Virus record (IMG/VR): IMGVR_UViG_3300047564_002270
Span: 64,001-128,000 of that record
Strand: one strand, 5' to 3'
DNA length: 64,000 nt
DNA from: a virus
Shown piece by piece: positions 26,718 to 34,985 of the stretch; positions within the stretch are counted from its first letter, which is position 1; every line of letters begins with the position of its first letter. The notes below the pieces were generated by a model. That model searched no databases. It had not been told where the DNA came from and worked only from the letters and a program-made list of their open reading frames with translations. The translations under genes and the position numbers were made by a program.

Positions 26718-27386
26718 ATGAAGATCCACGAAGTTTTTCCCATAGTTGTTGCCCAAGACGAAATAGACGTTCATCAAGAATTTAAAACCAAATACTTTGA
26801 AGAACTTAAAACTCTTTGGTTTAATGGATATGAAAATGAGACTCCCGAAAACTCCGGGAGATGTGCTCTTCATTTAAATCCAAACTATAAATTTTTCTTT
26901 GAGTCATTAAAAAGATCTGTTACTAAGTATCTTGATTTGATGGAAGTTGATTCCCATAAATTAAGTTTTCATATTACTAAATCTTGGATTGGATATCATA
27001 ATAAAGATATACCTCAATTAAAACCACATACTCATAATGCATCTGATATTTCTTTTTGTTATTATATTTCTTCCGATCAATCTTCGGATAAATTCTGTGT
27101 TCATAACAAAGAAAACTTGAATGAGGTTTCAGATGCACTCTTTGAAACCAGTAATAAATATAATTTGATTAGGAAGTTTAATCGATACAACTGTGATTAT
27201 TATACAATTACCCCTCACGAAGGAACGGTTGTTATATTTCCCAGTAAATTAATTCACTCAACTTTAAAGAAGGATAATTTAACTGATAGATATGTAATAG
27301 CAGGTGACATTAAACTCTGTTTAAAAGAAGAATATAAATTATATCATCAGACACTGCCTCACCCAAATCAATGGTTGTCATTTTAA
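26718..27386 (+). CDS. 2OG-Fe(II) oxygenase-like protein
   Basis: SW, H.H, IS..YY, EG.VVIFPS.L.H and R.VI motifs. Confidence 0.8.
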   Translation: MKIHEVFPIVVAQDEIDVHQEFKTKYFEELKTLWFNGYENETPENSGRCALHLNPNYKFFFESLKRSVTKYLDLMEVDSHKLSFHITKSWIGYHNKDIPQLKPHTHNASDISFCYYISSDQSSDKFCVHNKENLNEVSDALFETSNKYNLIRKFNRYNCDYYTITPHEGTVVIFPSKLIHSTLKKDNLTDRYVIAGDIKLCLKEEYKLYHQTLPHPNQWLSF

Positions 27387-27397
27387 GGAATTAAATT

Positions 27398-29887
27398 ATG
27401 AATGAAGAAGAATATCTTGCTATGCTATTGGAACAACAACTTGTTCCAGAAGATGCTCCCCCCGATCCACTACCGGCAGCAACACAGGATGTCTTCTTTA
27501 ATGTTGACAATGAGACAGGAACTGTCGGAATAGGAACTTCTCAAGCAGTCAATGCAAGAGTTCATATTGTATCTAGAGATCCTTTTCCTGCAGTTAGAAT
27601 CATTCAAAAGGGGACTGGAGATGTTCTTTTAATTGATAATAAAGATCTTGCAGATCAGAATGATCCTCCCACTACACCATACTTTAATATTAAAAATGAT
27701 GGAAGAATTGGTGTAGGAACAACAGTTCCATTAGCAGAAATGCATCTTGTCACTGAAGGTGAGGGTGATATTCTAATTGGTGGTGTCATAGGAACAGGAC
27801 CTTTAGTTTCTCCTACAGACTCTGGCATATTCTTTTCTGGATTAGGTAACACAGTTTCTTCAGGTCTTTTTACCGAAGTTGATGGGTTGTTAGTTGATCT
27901 CGCAGCAAACGTAGAACAAGTTGGAACCGTAGATACAAGTCGAGTTGGTGGAATTATTCGACTGGATACTCGTAAAGAAGGTGAATACAGTTCAGACCTT
28001 GGAGATTATAATAGCTTTACGCTCAAAGGGTATCCGATTGGACTGGGAACTACAGGAGAATATAATGTCTTAACCGCAAATCTTGATACTGCAGACATTC
28101 ATATTGCGCCTGTGAAGGGTGAAGTGTATGTAGGTGCATATTCTTCTACTACATCTCTTGGAATTGCAACGGATATTATTGATGAACAATATCGTTTTTA
28201 TGTAAATGGCAATGCTGGAATTGCAGGAACATTATCTCTTCCAGATGATTCTAAAATAACTGTCGGAGTCTCAAGTGATCTTTCAATATATCATGATCCA
28301 GTAACAAACAATAGTTATATACTTGAAAATAATACAACGGGTAACTTAGTAATTGCTGGTGATAATATTGAGTTTAAAGATACTTCATTAACAGAAAATT
28401 ACGCAGTCTTTACAACTAATGGTGCAGTAGAACTATACTATGATAATGTTAAGAAACTTGAGACAACTGCAGATGGTGTCTTTATTGGTGCTCTAGGATT
28501 TTCAACGACTGGAATTATAAGTGGACCTCAAGAAATTATAATCGATCCTGCAGTTGTTGGTGATGATACTGGAATTGTAAGAATTAAAGGGGACCTCTAT
28601 GTAGATGGTGGAACCACACAGATCTATTCTAGCGTTGTTATGATTGCCGATGCTAGAGTTGGAATTGCGACTACAATATCTGATAGTTTTTTACTAAATG
28701 ATGCTGGAATTGAAATTGGTATTGGAGCAAGTCAGAAGAGATTTGCGTATAATTATATAACCGATTCTTTAAGATCCTCAGAAAATATTAATATTTTCCC
28801 AATTGATAAGGTATATAAAATAGACGGAAATACTGTTCTGAGTATATCGACAGTCGGATCTTCTGTTACAACTTCTTCTTTGGAAGAAGTAGGAATCTTG
28901 CAAAGGTTGAGAGTTAGTGGTCTATCCACTCTAAATGACCTTTATGTGAGTGGAGTGGCTACTGTTCCTAATCTTAATGTTACTAATTTAAATCTACCTT
29001 CTGGAATAGCAACGATTGGTTATGCAACTATTACTGCAGCAAATATAGGTGTTGCTACGATTGGGTTTGGTTCAGTTCAAAATTTAATTGTTCCTACAAC
29101 TGGAATTGCAACAATTGGAATTGCAACAATTGGAATTGCAACAATTGATAATGCAAGAATTACAAATCTTGCTTTAGGAACTACTGATGGGTCTCCATTA
29201 GGTCAAGTTGGAATTTTGACAATTGCAGCACTGTCCCCATTTGGTCAATTTGGTGGTGGTTTTATTGGTTCTGAAGCTCAGGTTTTAATCGCAACTGGAA
29301 GCACATATTTTAACAACACTGGAATTGGTATAAGTTGGTCAGAATTTTCTCTTTCTGCTATTGGAGGAACTACTGGTATTGCTATCACAGCAGTTGACCC
29401 CCTTACAGATACTAGAGAATTTTATTTACCCGGAGTTCCTACTGAAGATGTAGATGGAGCGTTGAGTGGAGTTGCTATTGCGGCAACAATGTATGCGGGG
29501 GGATTGAAATATAGCCCATCAACTAGAACATTATCTGATTTAAATGGTAATTTCAGAGCAATTCCTCCAAGAGATCCAATACCAGAAGCAGCTCCTGCAG
29601 CTATTACATCAGCAGATGTCGGTAAATCTAGAATAGTTCTTAGTAATATTACTATACAGAATGGAGATTTTCAAGTCGGAGATGCAGTTACAATCGTAAA
29701 TAGAAATACTGTCACAATCAGTATTTTGACCGGAGGATCTACTCTCATTTTAGGTGCTCAAAATAGTAATACATCATCAAATAGAAACTTATCTAGAAAT
29801 GGTATTGCGACTTTATTATGTGTGGATAGGCAAGCCTCTGGTCCAGGGTTTACTAATACATTTTTAATTTCTGGAGTTGGTCTATAA
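27398..29887 (+). CDS. Tail fibre protein
   Basis: VGIGT repeats, GAVELYYDN.KKLETT..G, GIATI repeats; C-terminal G.ATLLCV...ISG.GL domain. Confidence 0.75.
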   Translation: MNEEEYLAMLLEQQLVPEDAPPDPLPAATQDVFFNVDNETGTVGIGTSQAVNARVHIVSRDPFPAVRIIQKGTGDVLLIDNKDLADQNDPPTTPYFNIKNDGRIGVGTTVPLAEMHLVTEGEGDILIGGVIGTGPLVSPTDSGIFFSGLGNTVSSGLFTEVDGLLVDLAANVEQVGTVDTSRVGGIIRLDTRKEGEYSSDLGDYNSFTLKGYPIGLGTTGEYNVLTANLDTADIHIAPVKGEVYVGAYSSTTSLGIATDIIDEQYRFYVNGNAGIAGTLSLPDDSKITVGVSSDLSIYHDPVTNNSYILENNTTGNLVIAGDNIEFKDTSLTENYAVFTTNGAVELYYDNVKKLETTADGVFIGALGFSTTGIISGPQEIIIDPAVVGDDTGIVRIKGDLYVDGGTTQIYSSVVMIADARVGIATTISDSFLLNDAGIEIGIGASQKRFAYNYITDSLRSSENINIFPIDKVYKIDGNTVLSISTVGSSVTTSSLEEVGILQRLRVSGLSTLNDLYVSGVATVPNLNVTNLNLPSGIATIGYATITAANIGVATIGFGSVQNLIVPTTGIATIGIATIGIATIDNARITNLALGTTDGSPLGQVGILTIAALSPFGQFGGGFIGSEAQVLIATGSTYFNNTGIGISWSEFSLSAIGGTTGIAITAVDPLTDTREFYLPGVPTEDVDGALSGVAIAATMYAGGLKYSPSTRTLSDLNGNFRAIPPRDPIPEAAPAAITSADVGKSRIVLSNITIQNGDFQVGDAVTIVNRNTVTISILTGGSTLILGAQNSNTSSNRNLSRNGIATLLCVDRQASGPGFTNTFLISGVGL
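29101..29147 (+). repeat. 15-bp tandem repeat x3 (GIATI)
   Basis: TGGAATTGCAACAAT occurs three times. Confidence 0.9.
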
Positions 29888-29889
29888 TT

Positions 29890-32800
29890 ATGTCTATTAT
29901 TCAGATGTTATTCACTGGTGGTGGAACTTTTTTGAGTAATGAATTTCCCACCACAGGAAATGCTAAACCATTAACTACAGTAATTCCTTTCGTAGAAAGT
30001 AATTTTCTTATTCCTACCGGAGTTTCTAATATTACCGCTCAAGTATGGGGTGGTGGAGGAGCTTCTGGTTCTTGTTATTTTGGAACCAGTGGTGCCGGTG
30101 GTGGAGGTGGATACGTTTCTGCGTCTATTCCGGTTTCTGATTTGGGCATTACTGCTCTTACTATAAGATCGGGTGGTGGTGGAGGAAATCCAACTTATTA
30201 TACAATACCTTCAGATGAATATACAGCCCAAAACACTTCTACTATTGAATTTGTTGGAGGAGAATCTGCTTCAAGTGCCCCAACCTATAATACAATTGCT
30301 CTCAGAGGAACGTCTTCTTCTTCAAGTTCTTTATCAGTTTCTACGATTACTTTTGTTGGTTCAGTTTCTGGAACTACTGTAACTTCTTTAACTTTACCAG
30401 CAACTCAGGAAGGAGACATTGTTATAATAGCATCTGCTGCAGATCAAAATGCTGTAATTATACCTACAGGATACACATTTATTAACCTTGATGCAACAGC
30501 AGCAAGTTATACGCTATCATATAAAGTGATGGGAGCAGTTCCAGACACTGAGATTACTGGTTTGCAGGACACTAACGGCACCGGTGCTGGTGTAAGAAAT
30601 GTTGCTCACCTTGCTATGGTTTTTAGGGGAGTATCTGCAACAAATCCAATTATTGAAACTGCCGCTCCTATTAATAATGCTCCCATTTCAACTAATATAC
30701 TGTTACCAGATGTTACTGTGGATAGTGTTGGTTGTATGTCAGTTGCATTTGGATTTTTAGACGATGTTGGTGCAAATGTTACTGCCAGTCCTACTGGTTA
30801 TTCACCATCAATAAGTCAAATAGCAGATGCTATAGACCCAGCAAATCCAAACAATGATGAAGTGACTATTATGTCTGCATTCAGGCTTTTAACTGCTAGT
30901 GGATTGGAAAATCCTGACCAATTTACAGTTGATAACAATGATAATTATAGTTCATTTACATTAGCATTAAGACCCCAAAAGACTATAACCCCACCCTCAT
31001 CAACATTACCTTTACCAACAAACACTCAAGTGGGAGATTTTCTTTTAGTTGCCTCAGTTGCTGATGGATCTACCTTACCTTTAAATCTTCCATCGGCATT
31101 TGATGGTATAACTACGACTCCATACGCAAACATATCTAATGCCAATGCAACAAATACTGCTTCTTATAGGTTGTCCTGGAGAAGAGTGTCTTCATTAGCA
31201 GAAACTATAACCAACTTATCGACAGAGGGAATTATTGATAGTGGGCTTACTGGGATTGCTAATGGAGAACCGGCAGGGGTTGCGCATTTCGCAATGTCTT
31301 TTAGTAATGTAGACACACTTAACCCATTTATCAGTGCAGTATCTTCTGCAACAGGAAACCCAGATCCTCCAGCAACAACAAATTTGAATATTGGTGGATA
31401 TATGGCAGTTGCATTTGGATTTTTAGATAATGTAAGTCAAATTCCATCTACACTTCCAACTGGTTATGTTAGTGGTGGTGATATTAGAGTTGGAACAGAT
31501 GCAAATGGAGCTAATGAAGCATCTATAATGACTGCTTATAGAATAAGACCTAATACTGGTATTGAAAACCCAGCATCCTTCACAGTTTCGGGAACCAATC
31601 CATACACAGCAATCACTGTTGCATTAAGACCCAGTCTACAAAGTTCTGGTGCTTTAACCCAACTTCCTCTTCCGTTAGGGTCTGCTGCAGGGGACATTGT
31701 ATTTTGCTCTTCAGTTGCTGATGGAGGAACTTTAAATCCACCACCTGGTTTTATTGGGATTAGTTCAAGTGTTGGTAATGATAATGTTTCTTATCAATTA
31801 TCATATAAAATATTAGCAGCAGGAGAAACTTTAATAACAGGATTAACTCCAGCAGGGGCCATTGATGGCGGTGCCGGTGATGGAGATCCTGCTGGTGTTG
31901 CTCACGCTTGTTTAGTTTTTAGGGGATTTGATCCTGCAAGCCCACCAACCTCAACAATAGCAACTGGAACAGGAAACCCAGATCCACCAAACATTACAGG
32001 ATTATTGGCAGGTGATACTGCTATTGCTCTTGGATTTTTAGATAATGTAAGTATTACACCAACAGGAGTTCCTGCAAATTTCATTAGTGCGGTTAATGTT
32101 AGAGTCGGAACTGATAATAATGGAAATAATGAAGCATCCTTTATGTCTGCTTATAGATTAACAATACCAGGGACTTCAGAAAATCCAACAACCTTTAATG
32201 TTGGTGGGGGAGGAGAACCTTGGACTGCCATTACTATTGGATTAAGAGCTGCTAGATCTCAAAAATTCTCCATTATAACAGGAGGTTGTGGTGGTTCTGG
32301 TGGTGGTTATAGTGGAATTTTTTATAATCTAGGTGGAATATTAACTCCTTTATTGATCGCCGGAGGTGGTGGCGGAGGAGGTGGTGCTTCTATTAATGCT
32401 ACTACTTCCGGTGGAGTTGGAGGTGCTGGAGGAGGAGGCGCTGGTGGTCCAGGATTTTCTGGTTTAGGTGGTCTTAACTCTGGACCAGGAGGTGGTGGAG
32501 GAACTCTTATCTCTGGAGGTGCTGGTGGATTTAATCTCGGTTCTGGTCTAAACCCAGGAGAAGCAGGTTTTTTTTGGGATACTGCTGAGGTATCGGGATT
32601 TTTGACTGGCGGGAGAGGTGCAAATTCTCCTGTTGCTGATACAACATCAGTTCCATTATATGGAGCAAATGCAACTGGTGGATGGATAAGAGGATCTGGT
32701 GGTGGAAGTTCTAGAAATCTAGATCCATATATTACATCACCTATTCCTACAGACTGTGGTGGTGCAGGTGGGGCAGGTTATTATGGAGGAGGAGGTGGTG

Positions 32801-33030
32801 GCGCTGGAAATAACGCTGGTGGCGGTGGAGGTGGTGGAGGATCTAATTATATAAATCCACTAGTTTCTGCTTTAGATAATTTTGTTGCAATAGGAACTTC
32901 TCCGGGAGTTGTTTATGATGGTATAATAGGATATGGTGGTAATAGTGTTATCGGGAATGGAACTGCTTACGTTTCAGGTCTTGGGGGAGGTAATGGATTG
33001 GTTGCAATTTCCTTTATTCAACCAGCATAA
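29890..33030 (+). CDS. Glycine-rich adhesin-like protein with three internal repeat domains
   Basis: Poly-Gly loops at both ends; 3 x (GD...ADG...VAH...PDPP...GFLD...ENP...LRP). Confidence 0.75.
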   Translation: MSIIQMLFTGGGTFLSNEFPTTGNAKPLTTVIPFVESNFLIPTGVSNITAQVWGGGGASGSCYFGTSGAGGGGGYVSASIPVSDLGITALTIRSGGGGGNPTYYTIPSDEYTAQNTSTIEFVGGESASSAPTYNTIALRGTSSSSSSLSVSTITFVGSVSGTTVTSLTLPATQEGDIVIIASAADQNAVIIPTGYTFINLDATAASYTLSYKVMGAVPDTEITGLQDTNGTGAGVRNVAHLAMVFRGVSATNPIIETAAPINNAPISTNILLPDVTVDSVGCMSVAFGFLDDVGANVTASPTGYSPSISQIADAIDPANPNNDEVTIMSAFRLLTASGLENPDQFTVDNNDNYSSFTLALRPQKTITPPSSTLPLPTNTQVGDFLLVASVADGSTLPLNLPSAFDGITTTPYANISNANATNTASYRLSWRRVSSLAETITNLSTEGIIDSGLTGIANGEPAGVAHFAMSFSNVDTLNPFISAVSSATGNPDPPATTNLNIGGYMAVAFGFLDNVSQIPSTLPTGYVSGGDIRVGTDANGANEASIMTAYRIRPNTGIENPASFTVSGTNPYTAITVALRPSLQSSGALTQLPLPLGSAAGDIVFCSSVADGGTLNPPPGFIGISSSVGNDNVSYQLSYKILAAGETLITGLTPAGAIDGGAGDGDPAGVAHACLVFRGFDPASPPTSTIATGTGNPDPPNITGLLAGDTAIALGFLDNVSITPTGVPANFISAVNVRVGTDNNGNNEASFMSAYRLTIPGTSENPTTFNVGGGGEPWTAITIGLRAARSQKFSIITGGCGGSGGGYSGIFYNLGGILTPLLIAGGGGGGGGASINATTSGGVGGAGGGGAGGPGFSGLGGLNSGPGGGGGTLISGGAGGFNLGSGLNPGEAGFFWDTAEVSGFLTGGRGANSPVADTTSVPLYGANATGGWIRGSGGGSSRNLDPYITSPIPTDCGGAGGAGYYGGGGGGAGNNAGGGGGGGGSNYINPLVSALDNFVAIGTSPGVVYDGIIGYGGNSVIGNGTAYVSGLGGGNGLVAISFIQPA

Positions 33031-33038
33031 TTATTTCC

Positions 33039-33067
33039 TTGACTTCCCAGCAAGAAAGTGCTACACT
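33039..33067 (+). promoter_or_regulatory. Sigma70-type promoter
   Basis: TTGACT-17 nt-TACACT. Confidence 0.6.
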
Positions 33068-33090
33068 AGGATCGGTGTTACGTTTTTACT

Positions 33091-33273
33091 ATGCAAGAAG
33101 AGTATTTGACCCGATGCGTGGTTGATCCCCTTAAAAGGACTGTTTATATTTACTCCAGTGAGGGGACAGAACGAGAAGTGTCCTGTGATACCGTTGATGA
33201 GTTTATGAATGTGCTAGAGTTCGTTCGTGCAACTTTGGATGAAAAAACTCTCTCATATGCAAATCCACTTTGA
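33091..33273 (+). CDS. Hypothetical protein
   Basis: 60-aa ORF directly after the promoter. Confidence 0.7.
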   Translation: MQEEYLTRCVVDPLKRTVYIYSSEGTEREVSCDTVDEFMNVLEFVRATLDEKTLSYANPL

Positions 33274-33334
33274 TTTTCATTTTTTAGGGCAAAAATTTTC
33301 CCAGTAAAAATTTTCACATAAGGATTTTTAAGAT

Positions 33335-33514
33335 ATGCGTCCAGAAACAAAAGAATCAATGGAAATGTTGTTTTCAGCAAAATGGAATCTTCCAGAAGCA
33401 GCAAGAAACTGTGGATTAACTAATAAAGAAATGAAAATTACTTTTAACGAATACTGCACTTTACATCCCCCAACATATACTCCAGAAACTGATTTTAAAA
33501 CATCATCTAAATAA
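33335..33514 (+). CDS. Small hypothetical protein, possibly HTH-like, 59 aa (not in the ORF track)
   Basis: MRPETKESMEMLFSAKWNLPEAARNCGLTNKEMK; AAGGA RBS. Confidence 0.7.
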   Translation: MRPETKESMEMLFSAKWNLPEAARNCGLTNKEMKITFNEYCTLHPPTYTPETDFKTSSK

Positions 33515-33539
33515 ACAAAAAGTAATAGGAGTTGTTCCT

Positions 33540-33809
33540 ATGAAATACAGGATAGATGCAGCATATGTTTGGTATAACCGAAAAACGCAGATAGTCTTGA
33601 TGTATTTCATAAATCAAATTCCATTTACTTTTGATGAACTTCCAGATTATTGTATGGATGATCTGGAATTAGTTGAAATGGCAAACAATGAACTCAAATT
33701 TGAACCTGAGGACTTGTATCAATCTTCACATTACCTTATAATGGAAGAGTGCCATCCTCTCATGTTTGAATTAGAACTGGAAAATCCAGAAATGTTGCCT
33801 GTTGATTAA
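33540..33809 (+). CDS. Hypothetical acidic protein
   Basis: AGGAG RBS; CTAAATA late-promoter-like site upstream. Confidence 0.75.
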   Translation: MKYRIDAAYVWYNRKTQIVLMYFINQIPFTFDELPDYCMDDLELVEMANNELKFEPEDLYQSSHYLIMEECHPLMFELELENPEMLPVD

Positions 33810-33812
33810 ATT

Positions 33813-33884
33813 GCCCTTGTAGCTCAGTGGTAGAGCAACGGTTTTGTAAACCGTTGGTCGCTGGTTCAAATCCAGTCGGGGGCT
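33813..33884 (+). tRNA. tRNA-Thr(UGU), no encoded CCA
   Basis: Acceptor GCCCTTG/CGGGGGC, D arm GCTC-AGTGGTA-GAGC, anticodon arm ACGGT-TTTGTAA-ACCGT, T loop GGTTCAAATCC. Confidence 0.95.
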
Positions 33885-33904
33885 TGAGTTCTTAAAACTC
33901 CAAA

Positions 33905-34099
33905 ATGTCATTAATTTCACAAAAAGATCGAAAACTTGCTATTGAAGCATTAGAGTATTATAAAACACAAATTCCATTAACCATTACTGTAGGAGAACTT
34001 GTTTCCGATACCGTCATTGAACAAGACGAACAAAAAATGATGGAACTTAATGCTCTTATAAATTGGATTAAATTAGAATACTTCAAAAATGAAAATTAA
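33905..34099 (+). CDS. Hypothetical protein
   Basis: 64-aa ORF. Confidence 0.65.
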   Translation: MSLISQKDRKLAIEALEYYKTQIPLTITVGELVSDTVIEQDEQKMMELNALINWIKLEYFKNEN

Positions 34100-34259
34100 T
34101 CTGTGGTATTGCCAATCTATGAATATGTGGCGTTGGACACTGACTGATGACTCTAGACCTATCTTAAAACAAGAAGCAGGTCAACAACCAGATCTTCGTG
34201 CTGCAATGAATGATGTTGCAAACACTGTAGAATATATGATGAAATCCTCACACGAATGA
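34089..34259 (+). CDS. Hypothetical protein, 56 aa (not in the ORF track)
   Basis: MKINLWYCQSMNMWRWTL...; overlaps both neighbours. Confidence 0.65.
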   Translation: MKINLWYCQSMNMWRWTLTDDSRPILKQEAGQQPDLRAAMNDVANTVEYMMKSSHE

Positions 34260-34891
34260 GTAAAAATACTCAGTTTTTTATAGATAGAGTAGGTAAAGAA
34301 GAAATCAAAAATCTTCTTTATAATTATCATTATTTAAAAGACGAATCAAAGGACTTTAAGAGTGGATACAACTACGGTTTATTCAAATCCAGTGTTTCTG
34401 ATATTTTGCATATTGGTGACTGCCTCGCTGCTTGTATCTTTACTAAGATCCCCGTCCCAGAAATAGCAGTCGGGGCATTTGGATTGCAAAGAGATGAACA
34501 AGACGGTCTTTATGAATTATCGAGATTATGTGTTCACCCAGATATTCAAAAAACAGAATACAACATCACTTCTTGGTTTGTCAGTCGTTGTATAAAGAGG
34601 TTTAAAAAAGATGCCCGCGTTCGTTGTATTCTTAGCTATGCTGATGCTAATCACCACTCTGGAGTTATATACAGAGCTTGTAATTTTACTTACTACGGTT
34701 TAACTGATCCTAAAAAGGATTTTTATTATTCTGATGGATCCAAACACTCAAGAGGTTCTGTAAAAGGTTCTGAAGGTGAATGGAGAGAAAGAAGTCGAAA
34801 GCATAGATATCTGATGCTATTCGACAAAGAACTTAAAAAACGCTTGACTTGGAAAGAAGAAAAGTGGTATAATAATACAGGCGATACTTAA
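34256..34891 (+). CDS. Mom-like (GNAT fold) DNA adenine modification protein
   Basis: YHYL, ELSRLC, SWFVSR, ILSYAD...H.G.IYRA.NF.YYG and KHRY motifs. Confidence 0.8.
   Translation: MSKNTQFFIDRVGKEEIKNLLYNYHYLKDESKDFKSGYNYGLFKSSVSDILHIGDCLAACIFTKIPVPEIAVGAFGLQRDEQDGLYELSRLCVHPDIQKTEYNITSWFVSRCIKRFKKDARVRCILSYADANHHSGVIYRACNFTYYGLTDPKKDFYYSDGSKHSRGSVKGSEGEWRERSRKHRYLMLFDKELKKRLTWKEEKWYNNTGDT
34844..34873 (+). promoter_or_regulatory. Sigma70-type promoter inside the 3' end of the Mom-like gene
   Basis: TTGACT-18 nt-TATAAT with TG extension. Confidence 0.6.
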
Positions 34892-34917
34892 ACCAGATTC
34901 CCTTCCGTGTGACTTGA

Positions 34918-34948
34918 AAAACCTCCCCCAAAGGGAGGTTTTCTTGTT
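34918..34948 (+). terminator. Intrinsic terminator (possibly bidirectional)
   Basis: AAAACCTCCC-CCAAA-GGGAGGTTTT followed by CTTGTT. Confidence 0.85.
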
Positions 34949-34985
34949 GCTAAATAATCTATAACAGAATTTATAGCGCAATAAA

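Noticed and set aside
26718-27386. 2OG oxygenase as prolyl hydroxylase for the collagen fibres
   Set aside because: Collagen Y positions are mostly Gln and Pro is mainly at X; no link beyond broad proximity.
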